Positions 10,740 through 21,320 of a stretch of 64,000 nt of DNA are shown here, piece after piece; positions within the stretch are counted from its first letter, which is position 1; every line of letters starts with the position of its first letter. Below the pieces are notes generated by a model. It was not told where the DNA came from. It ran no database searches and saw only the letters and a list, made by a program, of their open reading frames with translations. The stretch is from positions 1 to 64,000 of the forward strand of contig CAXXSM010000053.1 in assembly GCA_963663405.2 (NCBI GenBank). Reading direction: 5' to 3'. The stretch is from a bacterium. GTDB taxonomy: Bacteria > Hinthialibacterota > Hinthialibacteria > Hinthialibacterales > Hinthialibacteraceae. The translations under genes were made by a program, and so were the position numbers.

Positions 10740-12665
10740 TTACTTTCTATCGGATGGAACCGCCATTTTGATGAAGACATTTTCTGGTTCTGAATTGCAT
10801 TCGATGGTATAGTTTTGTGGCTGATCCAATTCAATTGTTTGGGTATGCAGGCGGCTTTCCATCGTGAAGCCATGAGTGATGGAGAGATGTTGTTTCGTTG
10901 GATTTGTTGGATATACATGCATGCATGCTCGTATAACATTGACCGCTGGATTGCCTGTGAATTTGACATAGACATCGGAAGCGGGTGTATCCAACCGGAC
11001 ATCGGTATCCCAATTGCAGCGCCAATGGTTGGTCCATTCCGGAATGGAGGATTTGTAAATTTCTTGAAAATTCTCCGGCTGTCCTATGGCGTATGCAATT
11101 CGATTATCCGTTTGTTTCGCTCCTTCGCCTTGGTGTGTGCGAAACGTGGCGCCGGCGCTGAACCAGGCTATTTTTTTGTTGGCTGACGCTTTTAGATGGA
11201 GGATGATGTCTCCCTGGATGCGGCTGGTATGACGGGTTGGATCGTAATCGCTTGGCATCGCAGTGACATATTTTTTTAAATCTTCTGGGTCCGCTGTGTT
11301 TGGTGTGATAAGTATTGGTTCGGTCATCATGTTATATCGATCGCCGGTTTGAAAACTGATGTGGTTCGTTCCTTTTTTTAACCGGGGCAGGCTGATTGGG
11401 GCGACTTGTGTCCAAGTGTCTATTTTCATGGATTGTATGGTTGGCTGTCCCTTGCCGCCTTGCATTTTTAATTTGAGTTGGTAACCGTAGGTTCCCTTTA
11501 CCCATTGAGTCAAATCGATCATTTCATTATGTCCCGCTTGAATCATTCCCGCTGATGTCCAACTTTTGCCATGATCCAAAGAAAGGAACACCTCTATATC
11601 AACGGAAGCGTGGAGTGAAATCTGGGAGGCTTCCGTATCGTCATCTTCTTTATCAAGATCATTGATCTTGGCTACAATAATGTATGGTGTGAAGACTTCG
11701 AAAAGCGCTTCGGCGGCTCCATCCTGGATGCACTCTAAACCATACTCGCCGGGTGTCAGATTGAGTGATGATGTTACTCCATCCTCAAAATCTGTGGATT
11801 GATTTGTGAGATTTGGCTCGTAATGAAAGAGGCCGTTTCCATGATTCCATCGGGTGAAATCGCGGTGGTTTGGTTTCATGCCGATTGGATCCGTTAGGAT
11901 TAACTTTTTAAGCCAGGGAGTTTGGTTGTAACGCGAACGGTGGTTCCATCTTCCACCTTGGGGCGCCCACCATCGGGTGAATGATTCGCCTTGGCGCAGG
12001 GAAAAATCCATCGTATGGCTTCCTTCGAACCAGCGATAATAGTAGTTGACGTGGCTGTCGCGATAGATTTCGAATACCTTATTTTTGTCGGGATCTGTAG
12101 GAAAAAAGGGTTGGATGGGTATGGGTGGATCGGTCCAGTACCGGCGATTTGTTTTCGCTTCATCTAAACTAATGACATCGCCGTGTTCATCGAGAAGGAT
12201 TCCTCGCACATCGAGATCGTAATAATGCCATTCATCACCATATCGGATTTCGGTGGCGCAATGATTCCAGAGATCAATCCCAAAGGATCGGCCTTCTTGA
12301 AATCCGATGTTTTGAAAGATCCCATCCAGAACCGGCCCAAAAATTCCGCAATACGCCATGTTGTAAATATTCAATATTTTCATCGGATCGCGGACTGTGG
12401 CGTATTCGTTGAACGGATCGGTTCCTTCCAAAATTTCGTTGAAGTGATAGAGGCCGGTCTCGTAATCGCATAGATATTGCCATACAGCGATGGCCAATTC
12501 CTGACCGGTTTTATCTTTCCAGGCGTGGTATTCACGAAAGCGTTTCCAATCGCTGACATCGGCGTTGTGTTCACTGATGACGCGGGGGCAAAGAACTCGG
12601 CCTTCTGTGAGTGGCGTAAAGACAAATATAAGTAATAGAAGGGAAATAGAACGTAGAACGTACAT
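10740..12665 (-). CDS. Secreted hypothetical protein with a transglutaminase-like Cys-His-Asp N-terminal domain
   Basis: 641-aa ORF with signal peptide; MAYCGIFG...WNHCATE...WHYYDLD. Confidence 0.65.
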   Translation of the reverse strand: MYVLRSISLLLLIFVFTPLTEGRVLCPRVISEHNADVSDWKRFREYHAWKDKTGQELAIAVWQYLCDYETGLYHFNEILEGTDPFNEYATVRDPMKILNIYNMAYCGIFGPVLDGIFQNIGFQEGRSFGIDLWNHCATEIRYGDEWHYYDLDVRGILLDEHGDVISLDEAKTNRRYWTDPPIPIQPFFPTDPDKNKVFEIYRDSHVNYYYRWFEGSHTMDFSLRQGESFTRWWAPQGGRWNHRSRYNQTPWLKKLILTDPIGMKPNHRDFTRWNHGNGLFHYEPNLTNQSTDFEDGVTSSLNLTPGEYGLECIQDGAAEALFEVFTPYIIVAKINDLDKEDDDTEASQISLHASVDIEVFLSLDHGKSWTSAGMIQAGHNEMIDLTQWVKGTYGYQLKLKMQGGKGQPTIQSMKIDTWTQVAPISLPRLKKGTNHISFQTGDRYNMMTEPILITPNTADPEDLKKYVTAMPSDYDPTRHTSRIQGDIILHLKASANKKIAWFSAGATFRTHQGEGAKQTDNRIAYAIGQPENFQEIYKSSIPEWTNHWRCNWDTDVRLDTPASDVYVKFTGNPAVNVIRACMHVYPTNPTKQHLSITHGFTMESRLHTQTIELDQPQNYTIECNSEPENVFIKMAVPSDRK

Positions 12666-12682
12666 AGCTTCTCCATATAGTG

Positions 12683-13927
12683 TTAGTTGGATTCACGCAT
12701 CCATTCATCGGCTCCGATATCAATCGCTTGATCGCGGATTTGGTGGTCGATATCTTCATTTACAAATGGTAGCGGCGCTCCTTTGTCAACAAGTTCTTCA
12801 ACATTTGTTGACAAGTGAAGGTTTCCATCCTGCGTATTGACGAATTGACTTCCAAAGGCGCCGATGCTGTTCTGCTTCAATTGGATCGTGTCTTTTGTTT
12901 CAATGGACATGCCTGGGCCGCTGAGTAGATTGTTCGCTACTATTAAATTTTCGTTGTTGTGAACGATGCGGATTAAGCGATTCATTTGATTGGCGGGATC
13001 AAAAATTGTATTATTGACGATTTTGCAGTCCTTTGTGTAATCGGCCAAAATCCCGGTTTCGGGCGTGCGAGTGATAAAGTTGTTGCGAACGATCATGTTT
13101 GTTCCATGAACGGAACTTTGGCCTTCTCCAATACCGCTTGAATTACCAAGCGCGATTCCAACATCACAGTCGATGATTACGTTTCGTTCAATCACACAGT
13201 CTTCCGCATGATGCCACATGAACACACAGCCCCGGCCTTCGCGTGTGCGGCCTTGAATGCCGATGAAAACATTATCGCTGATGGTCCAACCTTTGGCGTG
13301 CATTGTGTCAATGCCTCCAATGTAATTGCCATTAAAGGTTTTGGGTGTGTCTTTAGAATCATCACTAAATTGTTTCGGGTGGTCGTTATAAAAAAGACAG
13401 TGTTTTATTTGTATGTTTTTGGGGCGGATTTCTTCACGGTTTTTCTCTGGCACGCGAACGGATTTCACGCCTCGTTCCCAGATATTATGAATAACGCAGT
13501 TGTAAATCGTTAGATTTTGCACATTATAGTTTGCGTTGATCTTGAATCCGTTCCATTTGATATTTTGTATGGTCAGATCCGCTACCGTGACACCTGAGCA
13601 GGAGAGAAAACCAACCAGTTCCCCATGCGTGCTTTTTGATCCATCGAGAATTACGGCGTTCCGGTTCCCTGATGCGCTTCGCAATGTAACGTCATCCGTA
13701 CGGATTTCGATGTAACGGGGCATGTAGTAGATTCCATCGTTCAGCAAAATGGTTTCCCCTGGTTTCACTGTTTCCACGGCGGTGAATAACTCATCTACGC
13801 TGGACACATTAATACAATTTCCTTTAGGCGCCGCAAAGCGTGGCGCTTCTGAGATCCAGGATGGAACGATCGCGTTTGTTGATGTAAAGGTTAGAATGAT
13901 GGAAAATAGGATGTTATTTGCTTGCAT
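12683..13927 (-). CDS. Right-handed parallel beta-helix protein (pectate-lyase-like fold)
   Basis: Signal peptide; PGETILLNDGIY; repeated I.xN.(I/F) rungs; C-terminal GNLHL...DID...R...DIGADE. Confidence 0.8.
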   Translation of the reverse strand: MQANNILFSIILTFTSTNAIVPSWISEAPRFAAPKGNCINVSSVDELFTAVETVKPGETILLNDGIYYMPRYIEIRTDDVTLRSASGNRNAVILDGSKSTHGELVGFLSCSGVTVADLTIQNIKWNGFKINANYNVQNLTIYNCVIHNIWERGVKSVRVPEKNREEIRPKNIQIKHCLFYNDHPKQFSDDSKDTPKTFNGNYIGGIDTMHAKGWTISDNVFIGIQGRTREGRGCVFMWHHAEDCVIERNVIIDCDVGIALGNSSGIGEGQSSVHGTNMIVRNNFITRTPETGILADYTKDCKIVNNTIFDPANQMNRLIRIVHNNENLIVANNLLSGPGMSIETKDTIQLKQNSIGAFGSQFVNTQDGNLHLSTNVEELVDKGAPLPFVNEDIDHQIRDQAIDIGADEWMRESN

Positions 13928-13966
13928 GGTTGGTTGCCATTTCTTATTATTGTTTTTGCAGCGTTT

Positions 13967-15493
13967 TTACTGTTTCTTAGTGAGATATAAAAACCAATCG
14001 CTTTTTTGATCCGGTGGCGTCAAACGTACTTCGTCATTTATGCTTTGCGCTGTAATTCGTTCACTCAAATTATTCGCTCGTATCCATTCGATGTTGTATT
14101 GATTGTCGATTCCTTGAATGGTGATTGGTTTTGGATTTTCGATGTAGATTAAATATCGCTGGCCTTCTTCGGCAAGGCAATATCCATGATCGATAAGGTC
14201 TTGTCTAGGGATCATCCGGTAGAATGGAATGGTCTCAAAAAAATCCCAAACTTGATGGACTGTGTCATGCCATTCTTGATGTCTATCCGACAACGTAAGG
14301 TTGCCGCTGAATCCAGTTGATGAGCTTCCTTCCATATCACCGAAATTTAATGCGGCCGCTGACATGATGATAACTATAGCGTTTTTTCGAATATCTTCAT
14401 TTGTGTATTTTGGATGTCCGAATGTATTACCCCCCCAGAGCGTTTCCTGGGCGAATAAGGGTTTTGTGGGATGGTGGTTTTTTCGCAAGATTCTGTTTAA
14501 TTTTGCGCGGTCTGTTGTTTTGGGACCTTGTAGAATCCCGTAGGATGTCCAGGATTCGTCTCGATACCGGTCATCACCCGTCGGATTATGTACAGATAGA
14601 AGGTGATGGTTGATGTCTAGTTGTTGGATCAGAGTACCCAAGCGATTCACTTCGGCGGGTGTAAGGTATTCTTTATCTCGCAGGTTGGGTTCGGGGCCGC
14701 CAACGTTGAATAGAACATTCCAATAGGGGCCAAGACGGGCTAGGGCGTATCGGATATATAATTCCTGTTCGTTTGGATCCACGGGAAAATCGGAAAGACG
14801 GCCAAAGAAACCCGCGAAGGGAAATACCATTATCCGGCGTTGCGCTAGATCATTCAAAATGGTTTCCATTTTCCGCCATTCCACCGCATTGAGCGGCCAG
14901 AGATCGGGGGTTTGCCAGCCCCTGCCTCGATTTTTCGCGTCCCGATTCAAGTAATGGCTCGCGATGGAAAGCATGTTGTATCCTTGATTTTCGGCCCAAT
15001 CCAGAAAGGCTTTGCGCTGTTTCTCCGGCCAATTCTGGGCGAAAAACCGGTCTCCGATGTGAAAACTGCGAATCAGAACGCGCTTTCCACCTTTGAATCC
15101 AAACCAGATTGGATTGTGTTCGTCCTGGGATATCATACCGGAGATATCGGATTCGACGCATTCAAAAATGCCTTCAATATGTTTTGAATTGTCTGAGAAA
15201 GTGACTTTGTATTCCCAGTGGCCTATTTGATCGGGCATAAAGCGGAGTTTCCATGTCCGGTCACCGTCGTAGAATCCCCACGTCTGGATCGTTTGGCCAT
15301 CAGGCGCCGTGAACGTGGCGTTGAGAGTGACATTCGTGTAGGGATTGGCGTATTGTTTGTTATTCGTTATCGATATTTCGAAACGATCCCAAAGACCCAC
15401 CATGTTTTTTTGAGATGATTGAATTGGTGTATTATCGGCATAGGCAAATCCTATCACCAAAAAGAATAATGTAAAAATACGTAATCGATTCAC
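13967..15493 (-). CDS. DUF5060/DUF4038-type protein (putative glycoside hydrolase, apiosidase-like)
   Basis: Signal peptide; NPYTNVTLNATFTAPDG...WGFYDGD.TWKLRFMPDQIGHW; YIRYALARLG.YWNV; C-terminal DWxL domain. Confidence 0.75.
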   Translation of the reverse strand: MNRLRIFTLFFLVIGFAYADNTPIQSSQKNMVGLWDRFEISITNNKQYANPYTNVTLNATFTAPDGQTIQTWGFYDGDRTWKLRFMPDQIGHWEYKVTFSDNSKHIEGIFECVESDISGMISQDEHNPIWFGFKGGKRVLIRSFHIGDRFFAQNWPEKQRKAFLDWAENQGYNMLSIASHYLNRDAKNRGRGWQTPDLWPLNAVEWRKMETILNDLAQRRIMVFPFAGFFGRLSDFPVDPNEQELYIRYALARLGPYWNVLFNVGGPEPNLRDKEYLTPAEVNRLGTLIQQLDINHHLLSVHNPTGDDRYRDESWTSYGILQGPKTTDRAKLNRILRKNHHPTKPLFAQETLWGGNTFGHPKYTNEDIRKNAIVIIMSAAALNFGDMEGSSSTGFSGNLTLSDRHQEWHDTVHQVWDFFETIPFYRMIPRQDLIDHGYCLAEEGQRYLIYIENPKPITIQGIDNQYNIEWIRANNLSERITAQSINDEVRLTPPDQKSDWFLYLTKKQ

Positions 15494-15533
15494 TGGCTTA
15501 TCTTTCTTTCTGATTATGAACCAATAAATTCTT

Positions 15534-15878
15534 TTACTGTTTTACAGGTATATAGTCTTCACGCACAGGAGAGAAGACTTCGATCGCGACGGTATCTTCC
15601 AGAATATCCGCGCCATGTTCTACGTTGGGGGGAATGCACCAGGAATCGCCTGACTTGGCGTCGAATTGTTCGGCGCCGATCCGTAGTTGAATATGGCCTG
15701 AGACTAGGTATCCGGTTTGTTCGTATGGATGTTTGTGTGATGGAAGAGCGCTATTCTTTTCCATCCGGAATTCTGTCATCAGGGTGTTTTCTCCATATAC
15801 GAGTGTTTTACGTAGAATTTTCTCCAAAGCCTGTTCGTAACCATTATCGTTATGCTGTTGGTACATGTTTTGCTCCAT
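15534..15878 (-). CDS. Cupin protein (KdgF-like)
   Basis: [16 protein letters not shown]...[13 protein letters not shown]...[10 protein letters not shown]. Confidence 0.85.
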   Translation of the reverse strand: MEQNMYQQHNDNGYEQALEKILRKTLVYGENTLMTEFRMEKNSALPSHKHPYEQTGYLVSGHIQLRIGAEQFDAKSGDSWCIPPNVEHGADILEDTVAIEVFSPVREDYIPVKQ

Positions 15879-15962
15879 TTCATTGTATGTAGGTGTTATT
15901 GAAATCGTTTATTGAAAAACGCCGAGAGAGGTAACGTGATTTTATCAAGAGGAAAAATCTTG

Positions 15963-18221
15963 CTATACATCTGTTGGTTGGTAGGCGCGTAGATTGATTT
16001 CCTGATTTTCATAAATCATTGTCACATCACGATCCGTTTCCACTTTTTTTACTTTACCCTTTTGCAGTTGAAGAATGAACTGGCATGTCTGGCTGAAACG
16101 AACATCCGCTTCACCATTACCATCTAAATCGATTCGATCGCCTTCTCCACCTGCCGCTGTTTTTCCAATATATAACGTGCCTTGTACTCTTCCTAAGATG
16201 GAGGAAAAGCCTTGGTCGGAGTTTTGGAAACTGCCGGCCACTTGCTTCGCCTCTGGTTGACCGGCTGATTTTGGGTAAACGAATACATCGATAGGGGCGC
16301 CGTCTGTTTTTACTAAAATAGGTTTCAGCCAACCGTATGCGCTGCAAATCGATTCGTCTTCTCCGCTCATCTCCGCGTTTGGATTGAGGCAGATGAAGTT
16401 TTGTTGGTCCTCTCCCGCAGCGTACATTGTGCTGGCGATTTGATCTTGAATCTTTGTTTGTAAAGCCCGGCCATCGTTTTTAAGAAGGGGGATGGTTAAA
16501 CCATATTCCACGGATTGAATCGGCTGTAAACGGGTCCAGACGCCATCGGGCGTAACGATGAATTCGTGGTGAAAACAGGGGCCTCCACGTCCGGTAACGT
16601 AGTGATATAACAAGTGAAATTTCACAAGCAGTGGATGAACAAAATCAACTACTGCGTCCGCCCGGTAGTGTTCATGCAGATCCGCCATGCGAATCCATTC
16701 TCCCTGTTCGCGCCATGTGGGCGCGAAAGTCAATCCACTGCGCGCTTGAGTGGTATGTTGGCTATCCTCGGACCATTGACGGAAGGTCACGGATTTCCCC
16801 GCTTTTGGATCGTGTTCACCATCTCCTGGTCCTAGACGGCCATCCCATTCAACGCGGCCAAACCGCACGGTTCCCAGTGGAGTCCATGAGCGGCCGTATT
16901 TGGTCATCGACGCGCCGTGCAGATTGACAAATACCTGCATACCTCCCGCGTTGGCGGCGAATGTGGAAAACCGGGCGTCGGTCTCGATCGCATAGCCACC
17001 AATTTCGGCGGGCGCAGGTTGTTCTTCGATTTGGCGCTGGTGGGCTAAATACGCTTCCGCCAGGTGAAACATGACGGCCCCGTTGTAATTGCCCCATTGG
17101 CTGGCGGGTTGATGGCCGACTCGCAAAGTGGGATCAAAACAATTTTTTGTAATAAAAAATGAGCCTTGGAAAGGATCATCGGTCCTGCGCCAGCGGAGGA
17201 TGCTTTGAAAACTCAACAAGGCGGCGTGGCGGTACCGGCCGGCGAGTTCTATGTCTCCACGTTGCGCGGCGTCTTCCGCCATGACTTCAAATATTAATTG
17301 ATATAGTACGTCGTTGAAAACATGATTGTCAGTTCGGCCATTGGGAGGGCATTGACCGTCGGGTGCTTGCAACAGCAAAGAGGTTTTGGCTCCCCGGCGG
17401 ACGCAGCGCCAAATCTCATCCGCGGAAGGCCCATCATATCCTGATGCCATGAGCGCAGTCAGGTTTCCCCTGCCCACCGCTTCCACCGCATGGGATTGGG
17501 GATCGCTGCTCCAATCTTGGTAGAGATTCCATTCATCCAAGACAATTCGTTCTTTTTGGGTGTGATGGTTCCAAGAATATTCAATCCAGTCAACTGTTTT
17601 GTTTCGATCGGCCAAACCGGCTTTGGCTCGCATCCATTCCCCTTTCATCGCGTAGGTGCGCCAGTTGTTAATCTCATCCGTCATTCCGCTTAAAATTTGA
17701 CTAAGGGGAGTCTTCATGCGTTCACGCCAGCGGTTCCATGTTTCCGCTGGCACATGATCGTGATACAATTCCAGCGCTTCGGCTAATGGCGCGATAAAAA
17801 AATCACCATGCTGATCGGGGATTTTCTTACTGCCTCCGGCGAGACAGGTTGTAGCGTGTTCCATCGCTTTGATCCCGGCGTCCAGTAAATCCATTGCTTG
17901 GCCCGCGTGAGTCAAAACTCCTACCGCAAAGGCGAAATAGGGAGTTGAGTATTGGTGTTCGCGATGGAGATATGGATCGATGATCGCTCCACGGGCGTCT
18001 TGATGACGCGCAGCGGCGCGGCAGATCCCTTCAATCGCCTCCAGATACGCTTCGCTTTGAATGCCCAGTGGCCGCCAGGGATGAGCGGTTAGATGATATT
18101 GTATGTCCGGCAGCGAATCCGGGTGGTCCTGCGTTAAAACAAATTGTGGTCCTAGTCCAAGTATTATAGATACAATCAGTACAATCTTTCTCTGTCTCAT
18201 CCTTGGATCTTCCTTTATCAT
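15963..18221 (-). CDS. Secreted hypothetical protein (probable alpha/alpha toroid plus beta-sandwich, lyase/hydrolase-like)
   Basis: 752-aa ORF with signal peptide, helical Trp/Tyr/His-rich N-half and beta-rich C-half; no family recognised. Confidence 0.6.
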   Translation of the reverse strand: MIKEDPRMRQRKIVLIVSIILGLGPQFVLTQDHPDSLPDIQYHLTAHPWRPLGIQSEAYLEAIEGICRAAARHQDARGAIIDPYLHREHQYSTPYFAFAVGVLTHAGQAMDLLDAGIKAMEHATTCLAGGSKKIPDQHGDFFIAPLAEALELYHDHVPAETWNRWRERMKTPLSQILSGMTDEINNWRTYAMKGEWMRAKAGLADRNKTVDWIEYSWNHHTQKERIVLDEWNLYQDWSSDPQSHAVEAVGRGNLTALMASGYDGPSADEIWRCVRRGAKTSLLLQAPDGQCPPNGRTDNHVFNDVLYQLIFEVMAEDAAQRGDIELAGRYRHAALLSFQSILRWRRTDDPFQGSFFITKNCFDPTLRVGHQPASQWGNYNGAVMFHLAEAYLAHQRQIEEQPAPAEIGGYAIETDARFSTFAANAGGMQVFVNLHGASMTKYGRSWTPLGTVRFGRVEWDGRLGPGDGEHDPKAGKSVTFRQWSEDSQHTTQARSGLTFAPTWREQGEWIRMADLHEHYRADAVVDFVHPLLVKFHLLYHYVTGRGGPCFHHEFIVTPDGVWTRLQPIQSVEYGLTIPLLKNDGRALQTKIQDQIASTMYAAGEDQQNFICLNPNAEMSGEDESICSAYGWLKPILVKTDGAPIDVFVYPKSAGQPEAKQVAGSFQNSDQGFSSILGRVQGTLYIGKTAAGGEGDRIDLDGNGEADVRFSQTCQFILQLQKGKVKKVETDRDVTMIYENQEINLRAYQPTDV

Positions 18222-18304
18222 TATGGAGCGGTTCTGTCAGATGAATTCCTGCCTATAACATATGTTTTAAATAAGGTGCGAAGAACGGTGTTATGATGAG
18301 TGAA

Positions 18305-19294
18305 TCAGCCTTCGAGGACGCGATGATCGATTCGTTCTTGATCCCGGATTCCTAAACCGAGTTGTTCCGCCTCGGCGATGTATATGGCTGGTCTTCCCAC
18401 TTGCGCGACCGGCGGCAGGTTTTTGGCCTTGCGAGCGGCTTCGATCCGGATCGTTCCGATTGTGTCCAAGGCGACGCGGTCCGTGGCGATGTAGAGGGAA
18501 TCGTAATTGATTATCCCCCCATGATTGTACGTCGGGCCTTTGTCATAACAGCCCTGGAAAGCGTCTACTATCGTTAACCGGTATTTCTTTTTGACAACTG
18601 GCGTTGTATTGATTTCGGCGATGAATGGATTGCAGTTATTGGTGTGGAACCGGCCGGAACTATTGGTGATCCCGTGAGAAATGTTTTTTAAAGAGATCGT
18701 GGTTCCTGACAACCGGTGATCTTTCATAATGGGAAGGTTGATAAAAGCGGTGATATGTTGTGTGAGAATCTTAGTGAGATTGGCGGAGATGGAACCGAAA
18801 TTGGTTTCGTCTTCCTCCCAGCCAACAGTGGGATGATCCGTTGGATAGACCCGCACCCCCGTTTTGCCCAAGTTGAGATCCATGCCAATGGATTTGATAC
18901 ATCGATCGCGATCGTCCCATACGATGATGTTATTTTCTTGGACGCCCAATTCTACAAGTCTCTTAATGATGGCGTAAACGAGTTCTTTTTTAGTCGATAA
19001 TCTTGGGCCACCAAGTCCGTTGACCTTTAAACCAACGACATCCTCTTTAGAAAAAAACTTGGCCCATTGGTCGCGGTGGGATTGTTCTCCCGTGAATTCC
19101 TGCATCGCTTTGTCCAACATTTCTTGGACGCCCACTGGATCGGGTTGATTGTTATCGCCCGTAATTCCAGGCCGGTGGACTTCTACGACTGTACTTTTCT
19201 CTGGGGGGGCTGCGATGGATGGAAGAGCCGCCATTCCAGCGGCGGCGGGGATGGTTTGTAGAAAGCGGCGGCGGTTAATTGATTGAAGATTCAT
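18305..19294 (-). CDS. DUF362 protein with Tat signal
   Basis: NRRRFL twin-arginine signal; VGLKVN, INLPIMKDH..SGTTISLKN, DRVALD. Confidence 0.85.
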   Translation of the reverse strand: MNLQSINRRRFLQTIPAAAGMAALPSIAAPPEKSTVVEVHRPGITGDNNQPDPVGVQEMLDKAMQEFTGEQSHRDQWAKFFSKEDVVGLKVNGLGGPRLSTKKELVYAIIKRLVELGVQENNIIVWDDRDRCIKSIGMDLNLGKTGVRVYPTDHPTVGWEEDETNFGSISANLTKILTQHITAFINLPIMKDHRLSGTTISLKNISHGITNSSGRFHTNNCNPFIAEINTTPVVKKKYRLTIVDAFQGCYDKGPTYNHGGIINYDSLYIATDRVALDTIGTIRIEAARKAKNLPPVAQVGRPAIYIAEAEQLGLGIRDQERIDHRVLEG

Positions 19295-19355
19295 TATGAT
19301 AGTCCTTTTTTTGAGTTAGCAGTTCTGTTTATTAATAGTTCTTTTATAAATGGAA

Positions 19356-21275
19356 TTACCAAACTCTCAGTTTGAGATTGCCTTGGCTGGGATTCTCAAA
19401 TGGACCGGCGGTTGGAGTGTCCGCGTTTCTTTTGGCGCCGAAGTAATCTGTGTCGATAACAATAGGTGAACCATCGGCGTTCTCGTAATCGAGCTTCCCG
19501 ATTCGTGTTTTTCCGAGCCGTTTTGTTGTAACGAGGGATGTAGCGGCTTGTGTTAATTCATCACCGAAGTTGATGTTCAGGAAAACTTTTTCTCCTTCAT
19601 CGACAATTTCAATATTTGGATTCTGGGCCGACAGGAGACGCGGTATCGGCGCCACAGAATACGGTTGCGCGTGAAGGTAATAGGCGTTACCTCCTGTTTT
19701 TAATGGGTATTCTCTAAAGTTATACATCCACAACCCAAATCCTCGAATGCGCTGGGCGCTGCTGGTGTTTTCCTCTGGAATCTCCGCTGGCTCCTCGCCG
19801 TTTCCAACAAAGATATTATTAAAGAACCTGTTGTCCCCCCCCTGGGTTTGGGTGACTCCAGCGAGTTGTGTGGAATGCGCTTCCTGGTAGGGGGTGGCGC
19901 GGTTCTGTTCAGGGCGGGTGTCAATGCGGCCTGTCATTAGATTGTGCGCGTAGGCTCCGCCTTCGGACCAATCCCGCAGGCTGATATCGGATAAGAATAG
20001 ATTGTTGTCCACGAGAAATGGTCCATGATTCACTTCGACGAAAAGATCGTCCGTGGTGTTGTCATATAAGAGATTCCGGGTGACGTGGGTTCCTTGCGCC
20101 ATCCAATCCAGCCAAATGCCCCGGCCGGTGTTGTGGATTCGGTTGTTTTGGATGACCATATCGATGGAAGCATGGATTTTGATACCTCCCATTTCGGCGC
20201 CGGTGAATTGGCGTTCGGTCCAAATATCGTAGATGTGGTTGTTTTCGATTCGGCTGAAGGCGGCTCCCAGGCTTCCACAGATCCCTGTTTGTCCGCAATT
20301 GAAGATGGTGTTGTTTCTAACAATATGCGAACCGATGTTCTCTTTTGACCATCCGGCTTTCAAAGCGCGGATGATCACTTCGTTGTAATGTGTGGCTCCA
20401 TCTTTGGTTGGATCGTTGCTCCAAACGTTATGACCGGTTTTGCGGTCTTTTCCTAGGGTGATTCCAGAACAGCGCGAATCACTGATGATATTGTTTTCAA
20501 TAATCCAGCCTTTGCTCCAGTGGGTTCCTATCAAGCCGATCTGTTCGGCGGTTGGCGCGGCCCATTGCGTCGCCGCTTGGCAGAGGCGGAATCCTCGTAT
20601 GGTGATGTAGTCGCATCCTGGTTCATCTGGATAGAAACAGCTGTCCCGCACGTTGATTTCCACGAGTTCTTCATTCGGATTTTTGTTGTGGAAGTTGGCG
20701 TAAATGTATGTGTTTTCATCATCGCATTCACAAAACCATGTCCAGAGAGACGCGTCCTGATCCCGCGCGTCTGGATAGGGTTGGGGATCCAAGACCCGCT
20801 CCAGCAGATGCGTTTCAAACAGTGGTTGTCCATTGAGATAGACGGCGCCGGTATGATGGGGCCGGCCTTTGTCTGTAAACCAATCCCCTTCGATTAAATC
20901 ATCATATGGATTGTATTCGCCGAAAAATGAATTGGGCAGAGTGACCTTCCAAACGTTCCCCATAAAACGCCGCCAGGTATCGATGACTTCCGATCCTTTG
21001 ATGACAACCGTGGCGCCTTCCGCCGCTTGATACACGATGCGATTATCATCTGAATCTCCGCCGCGGGGGGGCGTTATCCGTTCGCGGTATACGCCTTCAT
21101 GCACGGTGACTGTATCGCCGGGTAGAGCGATCTGAGCCGCCATAGATATTGTGTGGAAAGGATTGGATAGCGATCCACTGTTGTCGTCATCGCCTTGGAT
21201 GGAGACGTGATATTCGCGTGGAAATGCAGTTTGAGTTAGGACTATTAGCGCCAGGAGTGTATAGAATGCTTTCAT
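19356..21275 (-). CDS. GH120 beta-xylosidase-like beta-helix protein
   Basis: EYHVS..GDD...G....PF.TIS.AA..A.PGDTVTVHEGVYRE; WAAPTAEQIGLIGTHWSKGWIIENN; GIWLDWMAQG; DLFVEVNHGP. Confidence 0.85.
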   Translation of the reverse strand: MKAFYTLLALIVLTQTAFPREYHVSIQGDDDNSGSLSNPFHTISMAAQIALPGDTVTVHEGVYRERITPPRGGDSDDNRIVYQAAEGATVVIKGSEVIDTWRRFMGNVWKVTLPNSFFGEYNPYDDLIEGDWFTDKGRPHHTGAVYLNGQPLFETHLLERVLDPQPYPDARDQDASLWTWFCECDDENTYIYANFHNKNPNEELVEINVRDSCFYPDEPGCDYITIRGFRLCQAATQWAAPTAEQIGLIGTHWSKGWIIENNIISDSRCSGITLGKDRKTGHNVWSNDPTKDGATHYNEVIIRALKAGWSKENIGSHIVRNNTIFNCGQTGICGSLGAAFSRIENNHIYDIWTERQFTGAEMGGIKIHASIDMVIQNNRIHNTGRGIWLDWMAQGTHVTRNLLYDNTTDDLFVEVNHGPFLVDNNLFLSDISLRDWSEGGAYAHNLMTGRIDTRPEQNRATPYQEAHSTQLAGVTQTQGGDNRFFNNIFVGNGEEPAEIPEENTSSAQRIRGFGLWMYNFREYPLKTGGNAYYLHAQPYSVAPIPRLLSAQNPNIEIVDEGEKVFLNINFGDELTQAATSLVTTKRLGKTRIGKLDYENADGSPIVIDTDYFGAKRNADTPTAGPFENPSQGNLKLRVW

Positions 21276-21320
21276 TTGTTTTTCTCTTTGTTCTCGATTT
21301 AGTGATAGATTTTTCTTAAT

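Noticed and set aside
13967-14000. SDWFLY near the end of the DUF5060 protein resembles the C-terminal motif
   Set aside because: It is followed by LTKKQ, so it is not terminal, and it matches the usual DWxL strand of this family's C-terminal domain.
16100-16140. DLDGNGEAD as a possible dockerin partner for the cohesin-like domains
   Set aside because: It is a single Ca-binding-like loop without the duplicated dockerin repeat.
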